Shown: positions 10,621-21,265 of the stretch, piece after piece | Layout of the letters: each line of letters starts with the position of its first letter | Numbering within the stretch: the first letter of the stretch is position 1 | DNA from: an uncultured Verrucomicrobiae bacterium | Lineage (GTDB): Bacteria > Verrucomicrobiota > Verrucomicrobiia > Limisphaerales > JAFGQR01 | Length of the DNA: 64,000 nt | Reading direction: 5' to 3' | Assembly: GCA_963788655.1 (NCBI GenBank) | Contig: CAWBHS010000102.1 | Span: 1 to 64,000, forward strand | Position numbers and translations under genes: made by a program | Notes under the pieces: generated by a model | What the model saw: the letters and a program-made list of their open reading frames with translations, nothing else | Told to the model about the DNA's origin: nothing | Database searches by the model: none

Positions 10621-10689
10621 GGCGCGGCGCCTTGTCAGAGCGCCGCACTCTGGCGGGCAAGAATAGCCGCGCTGTCGAGACGCCGCTCC
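10621..10689. repeat. Degenerate REP doublet, same family as the RAYT-flanking REPs at 41717 and 42197
   Basis: GGCGCGGCGCCTTGTCAGAGCGCCGC matches GTAGCGGCGCCTCGGCAGAGCGCCGC at 22/26; inverted arm at 10666-10689. Confidence 0.6.
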
Positions 10690-10712
10690 GGTTCAGGGAT
10701 TCAAGCGCTGCC

Positions 10713-11615
10713 TCACGGGCGCGGTTCTGTTTGGCTGGCGTCCTCCATACGGGCGTTGGACGGTTCCTTGTCCGGCGGAGATTCCGCTCCGGTCGCTCCG
10801 GTTGGCAGGATGCCGGGGGCGGGACTTATCGCCTGGTTCGCAAACCCCAAGCGCTTGAGGATCTCCTGCGTCAACACTTCGTAGGCTGCGGCGCCGGCAC
10901 TGTATTTGTCGTAATAAATGATGGGCTGACCGTAACTGGGCGCTTCCGCCAGCCGGGTGGTACGGGGTATGACGGTTTCAAAAACCAGAGCGCCGAAATG
11001 TTCCCGGACTTCACCCACGACCTGGTTCGACAGACGAGTGCGCCCGTCGAACATCGTCATCAGCACGCCCATGATTTTGAGTTGGGGACTGATCCCGCCG
11101 TCCCGCAACTGTTCGAGCAGCCGATGAATCATCGAAATCCCCTCCAAGGCGTAATACTCGCACTGCAAGGGCACCAACAAACCGTCGGCCGCGGCAAACG
11201 CGTTAAGCGTCAGGATGCCGAGCGATGGCGGACAATCGATGACCACCACGTCGTAACGCCCGCCTTGGCGCACCGGGTCCAAGCAATGCCGGGCCCGCTG
11301 CAAATGATGGTCCATACGGGACAGTTCCAGATCCGCGCCGCACAAATCGACTTCGCTGGGGATCATGTCCAAGCGATCATAAGCGGTACGTTGGATTTTC
11401 TCGTCCAAAGTGCCTTCCCCCAGCAGTGGCCGGTAGGCACTGGCGCCGGGCGTCTTTTCCAGGCCCAGCCCGCTGGTGGCGTTGGCCTGCGGGTCCAGAT
11501 CAAACAGCAACACCCGCTGACCCACCGCCGCCAGGCACGCCGCAACGTTGACCGCCGTGGTGGTTTTTCCCACGCCGCCTTTTTGATTGGCAATACTGAT
11601 GACCGGAATCGGCAC
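10713..11615 (-). CDS. ParA/Soj family ATPase
   Basis: ANQKGGVGKTTT deviant Walker A, DLDPQANAT, IDCPPSLG, PLQCEYYALEG, RLAEAPSYG; probable GTG start at 11615. Confidence 0.92.
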   Translation of the reverse strand: MPIPVISIANQKGGVGKTTTAVNVAACLAAVGQRVLLFDLDPQANATSGLGLEKTPGASAYRPLLGEGTLDEKIQRTAYDRLDMIPSEVDLCGADLELSRMDHHLQRARHCLDPVRQGGRYDVVVIDCPPSLGILTLNAFAAADGLLVPLQCEYYALEGISMIHRLLEQLRDGGISPQLKIMGVLMTMFDGRTRLSNQVVGEVREHFGALVFETVIPRTTRLAEAPSYGQPIIYYDKYSAGAAAYEVLTQEILKRLGFANQAISPAPGILPTGATGAESPPDKEPSNARMEDASQTEPRP

Positions 11616-11772
11616 GCCGAGGATTAAATGGAAGCCGACCCAGGACTGCAAGGAAGTTCCCGCGTGACGGCGGGTCGTGGGAGACTCCGTCGCGCCCAGG
11701 CCTTGGTGGACGAATCTCCCGCCGTCGAACAGTTTCGCTGGATTTTATCCGCAGCCCAGGCATCATGGCCCC

Positions 11773-12126
11773 ATGAAATTGATTCTATCGACGCACAATT
11801 TGACGCTCACCAAAGCGATCGAAGACCATATCATCGCGAAGATTGATAAATTGGAACACTTCGACCGTTTTGCGATTGATGCCCGCGTCGGTCTGGAACA
11901 CGACAACCGCAAACCCACCGAACGACAATTCAAATGCTCGATTCGCCTGGCCGTCCCGGGCCCGGATCTCTACGCCGAAGATTACGAAAGTGACCTCTAT
12001 GCGGCGATTGATCTGGTGGCCAAGAAGATCGAACAACAAATCCGCAAGCGCCACGGCAAGTTCCGGGTCCGCAAGCACCAAGCCGCCGCGCGGACGAAGC
12101 GCACCCGCCAGGAAGCCACGCTGTAG
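11773..12126 (+). CDS. hpf: Ribosome hibernation factor HPF/RaiA
   Basis: MKLILSTHNLTLTKAIEDHI...DLYAAIDLVAKKIEQQIRK. Confidence 0.88.
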   Translation: MKLILSTHNLTLTKAIEDHIIAKIDKLEHFDRFAIDARVGLEHDNRKPTERQFKCSIRLAVPGPDLYAEDYESDLYAAIDLVAKKIEQQIRKRHGKFRVRKHQAAARTKRTRQEATL

Positions 12127-12194
12127 CCGGTGGCAGACAACGGTGATGTTCACCGTTGAGAAATCCCAAGGCGGCAGCCGGACTACCGCCAGGC

Positions 12195-12328
12195 GCAACG
12201 CAGGTTTTCAATCTGCTGGATCCCGGACTTGCAGTCCGCCTGGCATTGGCATCTTCCGACGCTGCTGGAGCTTTGGGCGCCCTGCCGAGGGCAATTCGGC
12301 GACACCGCAGAATCCAATTCGGCGCTAC
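12195..12328. repeat. Palindromic REP/MITE-like element, family C (copy 1)
   Basis: GCAACGCAGGTTTTCAATCTGCTG...CTGCCGAGGGCAATTCGGCGACACCGCAGAATCCAATTCGGCGCTAC; homologous to 21508-21635. Confidence 0.7.
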
Positions 12329-12441
12329 ACTTGGCCGCGCCCAGTGGTCGGTCTGACTGAGAGGCTGCGTCGTCCGGTGGCGACTGAATCGACACAGCTT
12401 GCCGGCGAAGCTTCCCCCAATTCTGCCGCCTTTTTTGAACC

Positions 12442-13689
12442 ATGATCATCCTTCGCGCTCGCTACGTGCTTCCGGTGGTTCGGCCGCCCATTGAAAACGG
12501 CGCCGTAGCCATCGAAGGCACCCGCGTCGCCTTCGTCGGCGGCTGGCCTGAGCTGAAGCGCGAGCGATCGGGACCAGTTGTGGATCTCGGCGATTCCGTC
12601 GTAATGCCGGGATTGGTCAACGCCCATTGTCACCTGGATTATACGGACCTGGCTGGCAAAATTCCGCCGCCGCGCAACTTCGCGGACTGGATCAAGGCCA
12701 TCGTGGCACTTAAGGCGCAGATGCTGCCCGATGACTTCCGCCGTTCCTGGCAACAGGGTGCCGCCATGCTTCTCCAGTCCGGCACGACCACGGTGGCGGA
12801 CATTGAGGCGGTGCCGGAATTGCTGCCCGCCATCTGGCAAACCACCCCGTTGCGGGTCATTTCATTTCGCGAGCTCATCTGTCTGAAATCCGGCCCGCCC
12901 GCGAGCGAAACGGTCCAAAACGCGGTGGGTGAAATGAATGCCCTGCCCGGCGCTGAAAAGCGGCTTGGGCTTTCCCCGCACACGCCGTACACCACCACCC
13001 CGGAATTGTTGCAAGCAGCCGCGCGGGCCGCCGAGGCGCACGATTGGCGTCTGGTGATCCACGTGGCGGAATCGGAACCGGAATTTGAAATGTTCATGTA
13101 TCGTCAGGGCGCGCTCTACGAGTGGTTGAAAAGCCAGCGCGACATGTCCGATTGCGGGCATGGCTCGCCCGTGCAACACCTGGCCCGCTGCGGCTGCCTC
13201 AGCCCGCGGCTCCTGGCCGTCCATGCCAACTACCTGGCCCGCGATGACGCCGCCAACCTCGGGCGACACGGCGCGAGCGTGGTACATTGTCCCCTGAGCC
13301 ATGCGTATTTCCGGCACCTGCGTTTTCCGCTTAAGGAACTCACCCGCCATGGCGTGAATGTTTGCCTGGGCACTGATAGCCTGGCCAGCACCGCCGCCGC
13401 CGGCACGCAGTCGCTCGCCTTGGATATGTTTGCCGAAATGCGCGCCCTGCATTCGGCTAAACCGGATTTGGCGCCGGCCACCATTCTCGGAATGGCCACC
13501 GTCAACGGCGCCCAGGCCTTGGGACGGGAAGGGCAGCTCGGGCAACTTTCGGAGGACGCCTTCGCCGATTTGATCGCGATTCCATGGCGCGATCAGACCG
13601 CGAATATCCACGCCGTGGTGCTGCAACATTCCGGGCCGGTTCAGGCTTCCATGATGAATGGGAACTGGGTGATTGAACCATCGTCCTGA
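12442..13689 (+). CDS. Amidohydrolase-family deaminase (MtaD/aminodeoxyfutalosine deaminase-like)
   Basis: MPGLVNAHCHLD, SPHTPY, IHVAES, AVHANY and CLGTDSLAS. Confidence 0.85.
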   Translation: MIILRARYVLPVVRPPIENGAVAIEGTRVAFVGGWPELKRERSGPVVDLGDSVVMPGLVNAHCHLDYTDLAGKIPPPRNFADWIKAIVALKAQMLPDDFRRSWQQGAAMLLQSGTTTVADIEAVPELLPAIWQTTPLRVISFRELICLKSGPPASETVQNAVGEMNALPGAEKRLGLSPHTPYTTTPELLQAAARAAEAHDWRLVIHVAESEPEFEMFMYRQGALYEWLKSQRDMSDCGHGSPVQHLARCGCLSPRLLAVHANYLARDDAANLGRHGASVVHCPLSHAYFRHLRFPLKELTRHGVNVCLGTDSLASTAAAGTQSLALDMFAEMRALHSAKPDLAPATILGMATVNGAQALGREGQLGQLSEDAFADLIAIPWRDQTANIHAVVLQHSGPVQASMMNGNWVIEPSS

Positions 13690-13778
13690 ACGACAATGCA
13701 CCGCCAATCGAATCACTCCCAAAGATCTCAGGGCGCAATTTTAATCTGGGAGCATGGCAAAGATTTTGAACGGCTTCA

Positions 13779-13860
13779 TTTCACCGCAAAGGCACAAAGA
13801 GCGCAAAGCACTTCACCATGTTGACGCATGCTTTGCGTTCTTCGTGCCTTTGCGGTGAAA
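13779..13860. repeat. Long inverted repeat, family F (copy 1)
   Basis: Arms TTTCACCGCAAAGGCACAAAGAGCGCAAAGCA and TGCTTTGCGTTCTTCGTGCCTTTGCGGTGAAA; second copy at 25463-25739. Confidence 0.8.
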
Positions 13861-14066
13861 AAGGCTGTTCGCCTGCAACCATGCCGTTCGAGGTCGATGT
13901 TGGCGTTACCTCGATTGCGGCTCGGCGGCCCGCCGTGCAACGTTCGAAATTGTCTCCAGACTGCTCATAATTCCGGCCGCCCAACGTCTCAATCCTTCAA
14001 CGCTTCGACGAATTTGCGTCTTTTCCGCAAAGCGAACGAGGTGGTTAGCTTGACTTCATTCACTCG

Positions 14067-14792
14067 ATGAACGTTCCTAACCAGAATATCCGCGTTGTGT
14101 TAGTATCCGGTGCTGCCGGCGGTTTGGGACAGGGTTTGCTCCGAGAATTTACCGTGCAAGGTTGGCAAGTGGCGGCCGGTTTCCATCAGACCAAACCCAC
14201 CATCCAATCCGAATCGATTTGGCCCGTCCCACTCGATGTCACGCAACTCGCCTCCGTTCAGGATGCCGTCCGCCAGGTGCTGGACCGATGGGGGCGGTTG
14301 GACGTGCTGATCAATAACGCTGGCATCACCCGTGATCAACCGCTGTGGAAAATGAACACCGCGGATTGGGATCAAGTCCTGGCCGTGAACCTCAAAGGCG
14401 CCGCATTGTGCGCCCAAGCGGTGCTGCCCGTCATGTTCCGCCAGCGCGAGGGTCACATCATCAATCTCAGTTCCTTCAGCGGACGAGCCGGCGCGCGTGG
14501 CCAAGCCAACTATGCCGCGGCCAAAGCCGGCTTGCTCGGCCTGACCCAAGCCCTCGCCAAAGAAGCCGGCCGCCGCAACATCCGCGTGAACGCCGTGCTT
14601 CCCGGCGTGCTGCCCACGGCGCTGACGGCTCAATTGAAATCCGAACAACTGAAGTCGTTCGCCGACGCCAATGTTCTGGGCCGGATCAATTCGATTGCGG
14701 AAGTGGCGCGCTTCACGGCGTTCCTGGCCACGCTTCAAAACGTCTCCGGCCAACTCTTCCAACTTGACAGCCGGATCGCCCGCTGGACGTGA
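14067..14792 (+). CDS. SDR oxidoreductase, FabG-like
   Basis: SGAAGGLG, INNAGITRD and NYAAAK (YxxxK). Confidence 0.88.
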   Translation: MNVPNQNIRVVLVSGAAGGLGQGLLREFTVQGWQVAAGFHQTKPTIQSESIWPVPLDVTQLASVQDAVRQVLDRWGRLDVLINNAGITRDQPLWKMNTADWDQVLAVNLKGAALCAQAVLPVMFRQREGHIINLSSFSGRAGARGQANYAAAKAGLLGLTQALAKEAGRRNIRVNAVLPGVLPTALTAQLKSEQLKSFADANVLGRINSIAEVARFTAFLATLQNVSGQLFQLDSRIARWT

Positions 14793-14833
14793 GCCTTGGA
14801 TATTTCACGCACCGCTCAAAACATGGACAGGCC

Positions 14834-14904
14834 GTAGCCGCCGACGTGAGGAGGCGGACCCGGTGCCCACTTACCGCGCTCCACCTCCTTACGTTGGCGG
14901 CTAC
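14834..14904. repeat. GTAG-REP doublet, family B (intergenic copy)
   Basis: GTAGCCGCCGACGTGAGGAGGCGG...CCACCTCCTTACGTTGGCGGCTAC between convergent genes. Confidence 0.8.
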
Positions 14905-14925
14905 GGTGAGTTCGGGTCATTCGGA

Positions 14926-17900
14926 TTAAGGCCACAACTTGGCGCGGTAAAAGCGTTCAGCGGTCCCATGCCAATCGGAAGCGGTAAAACGGAAGGAACC
15001 TCCGCTCACCGTATTCGTGGACAGCGTAGTCCAATGCACCAAGTCGGACGAGCTTTCCACGATCACCAACTGCCCGTCTGTTCCACCAACGTCGAATCCA
15101 AATCCATCCTCCCCCAGTCCAAAGCTGCCGTCGTTCATAAGGATTTTCGGCGCGGTTTGCGGGAAGGCGGGCAGCCGGCTTTCCACGAACCACTGCGCCT
15201 CCCCCGAGCCCACCACAAAGCCGCGCGCTCGCACAAAAGCATTCTCCGGGATGCCGCCATCCGGGCATTGCCAGCCTCCGGCGACACGGGTGCCGGCGCC
15301 CAGGCTGATCCAATTGAATCCTTCGGTCGAATACTCGAAGGTGGTCTGCCAGACTTCAGGACTGGTCCCCGATCGCTGCCACGTTACGGTCGAACCGTCG
15401 CGCGTTAGGCTCTGGTTGGCGGGTTCAGTGTTTTGGAGTCGCGCCAGAAACTTGCGCAACTGCCCGGCCACCGTATCGAACTGGCCACCTACCAGAACCT
15501 CTCCACCGGCCTGCACAGCCAGCGCATAAACGTAGCAGGACGAATTCACGTTTTCCACTTCGGGATTGAAGGTGGCGTCCAATGTCCCGTCTGCATTGAG
15601 CCGGCCAATTCGCCGGCGCGCCTGGCCGCCCAGGCTCACGAAATATCCACCCGCTAGAATTTTTCCGTCGGTCTGCGCGGACAGTGAATAGACCGGTTCG
15701 TCAGCGCCCGGATTGAATCCCATGTCCAACGTGCCGTCCGCATTCAATCGGGCAATCCGGCTGCGCGGCTCTCCGGCCAACTCGGTGAAATAGCCGCCTA
15801 CCAGAATCCTGCCATCCGGTTGCACTGCCACCGCACGTAGTGAACTGTTGGCATCCGGATCAAACTCGGAGTCCACCGTTCCATTGGCGTTCAACCGGAC
15901 AATACCGCGGCGCAATTGCCCGTCCACTTCGGTGAACGAACCTGCTGCCAAAATTTTCCCGTCAATCTGCAACGCCAGCGAACGCACTTGCGCATTGGCC
16001 GCCGTTTGAAAGTCCGAGTCCAGAGTGCCGTCAGCGTTCAGCCGGGCCAGGGATTGGTGTGGTTGGCCGTTCAAAATGGAAAAGTCACCGCCCACGACAA
16101 TCTTCCCGTCCGGTTGCAACGCCATGTTGTTCACGGCCCCGTCTGTTGAAGTCACCTGAAATCCTTCGTCGAAGGCTCCGTCAGCACTTACGCGGATCAG
16201 ACAAACGGTCTGGTCTTCACTCATTGGGGGAAACCAACCGCCCACGAGAATCTTCCCATCGGGCTGCACGACCAGGGAAAAGACCACTCCGCCGAGTTCT
16301 GGATTAAAGGTGGAATCCATCGCTCCATCAGGATTCAACCGGGCGAGGGCTGCTCGCGGTTGACTGCCCAACGTGGTGAAGGCCCCGCCCACCAGGATCC
16401 GACCGTCGGGCTGCACCGCCAGTGAATACACTATATTATCCGCTCCGGGATCAAATGCCGAATCCAGAACGGTCAGGTCCACGATCAATTGCGCCACCGC
16501 ACTGGTAACGCTGCCGTATTGGTTGGTAACCACCACCGAATACCAGCCCGTCTCGGCAGGTTGCAGGTTCGTCATCTTCAACACTGCCGCCGTAGCTTGG
16601 GCCAGGGGGACACTGTCTTTTAACCATTGGTAATACCGCGGTGCAGTACCTGCGGCACTCACATTAAAAGTGACTGTCTCACCAACGCTACGGTGCTGGC
16701 CCAAAGGCTGAGTGATGATGGCGGGTTCGATCACGGTCAACGTGGCCGCGTCGCTGGTGATGCTGCCCTGCGCGCTGACCACCACCACGCTGTAACTGCC
16801 CTCATCGGCTTTCAGGACGTTGCCCACGCTTAAGGTGGCTGTTTTCGCTCCGTTGATGTTCGCGCCGTCCAGCAATGGCAATCCGTCCTTGCGCCATTGA
16901 TACTCGAGCGGTCCGCTTCCGCTGGCCAGGACGCTGAACGTGGCGGTCGTGCCGGCGTCGTTGGTCCGATTGGCGGGTTGCACCACGACCACCGGCGCTC
17001 CCAGGTAAGCTTCCACAAAATAACTTGATGCGTTCCGCAAACCACCCGCAACGTAGCCTCGCGCGCGGATCGTTCCACCGCTCGGCAATTGAACTCCGGT
17101 CAGCTTCCAGCCATCCGGCACCCGCGAACCGCTGCCCAGGCTGCTCCAGGTGGTGCCATCCGTCGAGAGATCAAAGGACGTTCGCCAGACCTCCGGACTG
17201 GCGCCGCCCCGCAGCCACGTGAGCGCGTCGCCGTCGAACGTCAGGCTTTGGTTGGCAGGCGTTGGGTTGCTCAACCGGACCAGCCGCTGGCGGGTTTGCC
17301 CCGCCACCGTGTTGAAAGCTCCACCCACCAGAATCTTGCCGTCGGCCTGCAACGCCACCGCATAAACATCCGAGGAATACTCATAAACCTTGTAATAATA
17401 TGCCGGCTCCGGACCGAAGCCCGCATCGGGCGTCCCATCGACTTGCAATCGGCCCAGGTACCGGCGCGGTTGCCCTCCCAACTCAGTGAATCCGCCGCCC
17501 ACCAATATTTTTCCGTCGGCCTGCAACGCCAGAGACGTAACCGTGGAATTTGCACCCGGATCAAACTGCAGGTCCAGCGTTCCGTCCGCATTTAGACGGC
17601 CCAAAGAACCGCGCGGTTGTCCACCCAACTGCGTGAATCCGCCACCCACCAGAATCTTCCCATCCCCCTGGACTGCCAATATGCGGACGGGATTGTCAGC
17701 TTCCACGGTGAATGCTGAATCCGACGTGCCGTCTGGATTCAGTAGGGCCAGGTAGTAATGGCCCTGGCCACTTACCATCGAAAAATACCCGCCCACCAAA
17801 ATCTTGCCATCCGTCTGTAATGCCAGCGCATGGATAGAATCGTTGAACTGCGGACTAAACTCGGCATCCAACGTTCCATCGGCGTTGAGCCGAGCCAGCT

Positions 17901-20328
17901 TGCTGCGCGGCTGCCCGAGCATGTTGGAAAACCTGCCGCCGACCAAAATTTTGCCGTCGGCCTGCACGACCACCGACTCCACGTAACCGTCGGCTCTCGG
18001 ATCGAAAGCCTCGTCCAACGTGCCGTCGGCATTCAACCGGCCCAGATAGTTCCGCGGTTGCCCATTCAGCGTGGTGAAGTAACCACCCACCAGAATCCTT
18101 CCGTCGTTTTGCACGGCCAGGGAAATTACTTCTGGCAAGCCTCCGCCCTCCGCGCTGGCATTGAATTGCGCATCCACCGTTCCATCGGCGTTCAGCCGGG
18201 CAACGCGGTTGTGCGGTTCGCCGTTCATTTGGGTGAAGTAGCCACCCACCAAAATCTTCCCGTCCGCCTGCACCGCCAAGGAATAGACCGCATTATTTGC
18301 TGCCGCATCGAAACCAGTATCCAGTTCGGCAAGATTGATGGTGAGCAACGCCGGCGCACTGGTCACGCTGCCATAAATGCTGCTGACGACCACGGTGTAA
18401 TTGCCAATCGCGTGGTCTTGAAGGTTGGTGAGTTCAAGGATGGCGTTAGTGCCTTGCGCGAGCGGCACGCCGTCCTGGTGCCACTGGTAGCTCAATGGTT
18501 CAGACCCCACGGCCGAAACACTGAAGGTCACGCTTTCTCCCGGCTGCTTGGATTGGCTGACTGGTTGCGCGGTAATGGCGGGTTCGATCACCGTGAGTGT
18601 TGCCAGCGCACTGGTCACGCTGCCCCAGCCGTTGGTGACCACCACACTGTAACCGCCCATATCCCCGCCGAGGATGTTGCTCAGGATCAACGTGGACGTT
18701 TGGACGCCACCAATATTGCCCCCATCTGACAAGGCCACGCCGTCCTTGCGCCATTGGTAACCGACCGGTTCGCTCCCATTGGCCCGGACAGTGAAGGTAG
18801 CCGTGGTGCCGGCGGCGTTGGTGCGGTTGGCCGGCGGCGTCAAGACCACGGGCACTCCGGCGTAAGCTTCCACGTACCAGCCCGAGGCGTTATAATAACC
18901 ACCGCGCACCCAACCGCGCGCGCGAACCATCCACCCGGAAGGCAACACAACTTCACTCAGTTGCCAACCCCCTGTAACCCGAAAGCCATTCCCCAGCAAG
19001 GACCAAGTTACGCCGTCACTCGAGCACTCGAACGTCGTTCGCCAAATTTCGGGACCGGAACCGCTCCGCTGCCAGGTCAGGTTCACTCCGTCATACGCCA
19101 GGCTTTGCTCATACGGCTGGGTGTTGCGCAACCGGGCGATTCGGTTGCGTGGTTGCCCGCCCAACATGGTAAAAAGCCCCCCCGCCAGAATCCTGCCGTC
19201 AGTTTGCAGTCCTAGCGCGTCCACCTTAGAACCAGCCCCCAGCTCAAACTGGTCATCCAACGTGCCGTCCGCGAACACCCGCGCCAAGTGACTGCGCGGC
19301 TGCCCGCCCACCTCGGTAAATGTTCCGCCCAGCAGTATCTTACCGTCAGCTTGCACGGCCAGCGTGAACCCCGCAGCGTTGGCTGCGGGATTAAAATCAG
19401 TATCCAACGACCCGTCGGCATTCAACCGGGCGAAGTACCGTTGCGGCTGTCCCGCCAAGGTCGTGAAGTAACCCCCAATCAGCACTTTTCCATCTGCCTG
19501 CACGCTGATCGCAAGCACGGAAACATTGGGCTGTGGATTGAACGCAAAGTCCAAGGTACCATTCGCATTCAAGCGGGCGAGGTACTGGCGCGGTTGCCCA
19601 CCCACCAGGGTAAAACCACCGCACACCAATATCTTTCCGTCAGCCTGCAACGCCAGGGAGTACGCGGGACTGTTCAACACCGGATTGAATTCTGCATCCG
19701 CAGTGCCGTCGGCATTCAAGCGGGCAAGGTATTTGTGCGTCTGGCCTCCCAGGTTGGTGAAGCTGCCGGCGACAAGTATTTTCCCATCCGCCTGCATGAC
19801 CATTGATTTTACGTCACCACTCGCCTGGGGAGTGAAGGCTTCATCCAGCGTGCCGTCCGCAAGCAGCCGGGCGAGGTTGGTGCGCGGCTGCCCGCCCAGT
19901 GCGGTAAAACTGCCGCCGAGCAGTATCTTGCCGTCAGCCTGCAACGCCAGCGAGTTGACCTCGCAGGAGTGGGCGTAGCCTTCCACTCCCGGAACGAAAC
20001 TTGCATCCAAAGTCCCATCCGGATGCAACCGGCCAAGGCGGTTTCGCGGTTGGCCGTTGAGCGTGGTGAAGGTTCCGCCGACCACAATCTTTTCGTCCGG
20101 CTGCACAACCATCGCCAACACCTCGTCGTTGGCGCTTGGATCAAAGTCCGTATCCAGCGCGGCGAGGTTGACTGGCGACTGGGCCTGAACGACCGATACC
20201 AACACCCCCAACAGAACCGCCACGGCCGCCCCCGCGCCGCGGGATGGTCGCGCGAATTGAGATGGTTGCTGCGGAGTTGAAACACGGAGGTTCCCGGCGA
20301 CGACGATATGACTGCCTGGCTCGTTCAT
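14926..20328 (-). CDS. Large surface protein: three Delta-60 (DUF5122) beta-propeller modules separated by Ig-like domain pairs
   Basis: About 20 repeats of V.ALAVQ.DGKILVGG.FT...G..R..LARLN.DGTLD..F.P; Ig repeats (YQWRKDG...G.YSVVVTN..GSVTS); C-terminal VESSSDLVHWT...FYRA domain; hydrophobic N-terminus. Confidence 0.88.
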   Translation of the reverse strand: MNEPGSHIVVAGNLRVSTPQQPSQFARPSRGAGAAVAVLLGVLVSVVQAQSPVNLAALDTDFDPSANDEVLAMVVQPDEKIVVGGTFTTLNGQPRNRLGRLHPDGTLDASFVPGVEGYAHSCEVNSLALQADGKILLGGSFTALGGQPRTNLARLLADGTLDEAFTPQASGDVKSMVMQADGKILVAGSFTNLGGQTHKYLARLNADGTADAEFNPVLNSPAYSLALQADGKILVCGGFTLVGGQPRQYLARLNANGTLDFAFNPQPNVSVLAISVQADGKVLIGGYFTTLAGQPQRYFARLNADGSLDTDFNPAANAAGFTLAVQADGKILLGGTFTEVGGQPRSHLARVFADGTLDDQFELGAGSKVDALGLQTDGRILAGGLFTMLGGQPRNRIARLRNTQPYEQSLAYDGVNLTWQRSGSGPEIWRTTFECSSDGVTWSLLGNGFRVTGGWQLSEVVLPSGWMVRARGWVRGGYYNASGWYVEAYAGVPVVLTPPANRTNAAGTTATFTVRANGSEPVGYQWRKDGVALSDGGNIGGVQTSTLILSNILGGDMGGYSVVVTNGWGSVTSALATLTVIEPAITAQPVSQSKQPGESVTFSVSAVGSEPLSYQWHQDGVPLAQGTNAILELTNLQDHAIGNYTVVVSSIYGSVTSAPALLTINLAELDTGFDAAANNAVYSLAVQADGKILVGGYFTQMNGEPHNRVARLNADGTVDAQFNASAEGGGLPEVISLAVQNDGRILVGGYFTTLNGQPRNYLGRLNADGTLDEAFDPRADGYVESVVVQADGKILVGGRFSNMLGQPRSKLARLNADGTLDAEFSPQFNDSIHALALQTDGKILVGGYFSMVSGQGHYYLALLNPDGTSDSAFTVEADNPVRILAVQGDGKILVGGGFTQLGGQPRGSLGRLNADGTLDLQFDPGANSTVTSLALQADGKILVGGGFTELGGQPRRYLGRLQVDGTPDAGFGPEPAYYYKVYEYSSDVYAVALQADGKILVGGAFNTVAGQTRQRLVRLSNPTPANQSLTFDGDALTWLRGGASPEVWRTSFDLSTDGTTWSSLGSGSRVPDGWKLTGVQLPSGGTIRARGYVAGGLRNASSYFVEAYLGAPVVVVQPANRTNDAGTTATFSVLASGSGPLEYQWRKDGLPLLDGANINGAKTATLSVGNVLKADEGSYSVVVVSAQGSITSDAATLTVIEPAIITQPLGQHRSVGETVTFNVSAAGTAPRYYQWLKDSVPLAQATAAVLKMTNLQPAETGWYSVVVTNQYGSVTSAVAQLIVDLTVLDSAFDPGADNIVYSLAVQPDGRILVGGAFTTLGSQPRAALARLNPDGAMDSTFNPELGGVVFSLVVQPDGKILVGGWFPPMSEDQTVCLIRVSADGAFDEGFQVTSTDGAVNNMALQPDGKIVVGGDFSILNGQPHQSLARLNADGTLDSDFQTAANAQVRSLALQIDGKILAAGSFTEVDGQLRRGIVRLNANGTVDSEFDPDANSSLRAVAVQPDGRILVGGYFTELAGEPRSRIARLNADGTLDMGFNPGADEPVYSLSAQTDGKILAGGYFVSLGGQARRRIGRLNADGTLDATFNPEVENVNSSCYVYALAVQAGGEVLVGGQFDTVAGQLRKFLARLQNTEPANQSLTRDGSTVTWQRSGTSPEVWQTTFEYSTEGFNWISLGAGTRVAGGWQCPDGGIPENAFVRARGFVVGSGEAQWFVESRLPAFPQTAPKILMNDGSFGLGEDGFGFDVGGTDGQLVIVESSSDLVHWTTLSTNTVSGGSFRFTASDWHGTAERFYRAKLWP

Positions 20329-20597
20329 TGGCGATTACTTTCTTCAGTCTTTGACCGGCAATCGTTATGCCGCAAACCGCCATGAAAAGCAATCCTTTTT
20401 GTCTGGGAACGACCCGAGATTTCGTAGATCCGGTTTGGGACATTACCAATTCCGCCAAGGTTCGCTCCCGCCGGCGCCAGTTCCACGGCGCCCTGCGCCC
20501 GTGGCAAAGCGTGACCTGGCAACAAGAAGACGCGCACGAAGTGACGGCCCTGCCCGGGAGGAACCGTCAGGGTTGGGGATGCCCGGCGACGACGTGC

Positions 20598-21089
20598 TTA
20601 CCGCCCCGCTGCCGCCGTGGCTTCGGCTTTTTCTTTGAGGGGGCGGAAGTTGCCTTCCTCGCAGCAGCGCACGAACAGTTCCGTAACCGATTTGAGATCC
20701 TCCCAACGAGCCCGGATGCTTTTGGATTCGCTAACACTGATTTGGTTGTCGGCGGCCGCCGTGGCGATGACGGACAGCAGGTCGGCAAACTCCTGGATGA
20801 TCTGGTTGGTGGCGGGAATCAGGTAATCGGGATGCGGATGGTTGGTCTTTGGATTGCGGATGAAGAATCCGCCCGCGCGTTGGCAAAGCCATTGCACGAT
20901 CCGTTCGTCGCCCGTGGAGCGCAATAAGGCTTCGATGCGGTCGAGCGGATTGACCGCGCCACTGCCGGCTTCCGCGTCCGGCGGCTCGGCCCATTTGTAG
21001 ATCATCGACAGCGAGAGACTCAGATCAGCGGCCACTTGTTTGGCGCTGGTCTTGTGAAAGACTTCCCGCAACAACTCGTGCGATTGCAT
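20598..21089 (-). CDS. Phage regulatory CII-like HTH protein (orphan)
   Basis: MQSHELLREVF...AKQVAADLSLSLSMIYKWAE (HTH), NPLDRIEAL, IVQWLCQRAGGFF and AAADNQISVSESKSIR. Confidence 0.65.
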   Translation of the reverse strand: MQSHELLREVFHKTSAKQVAADLSLSLSMIYKWAEPPDAEAGSGAVNPLDRIEALLRSTGDERIVQWLCQRAGGFFIRNPKTNHPHPDYLIPATNQIIQEFADLLSVIATAAADNQISVSESKSIRARWEDLKSVTELFVRCCEEGNFRPLKEKAEATAAAGR

Positions 21090-21265
21090 GCGGCGAGCCT
21101 GCCGAAACTGCTTGCCAGTAGCAAGCCCGAAGGAAGCCATACGAAGCCCCGGCACGGCGGGCTGCAACGTGGATTAAAAGGTCCAAGGTTGAAGGCTATA
21201 GTCGTTGAAAAGTTGAAGCGGGATAGAACTTGCGCGGCTGATGTGGCAGACGGTTTCTCCGTGGG

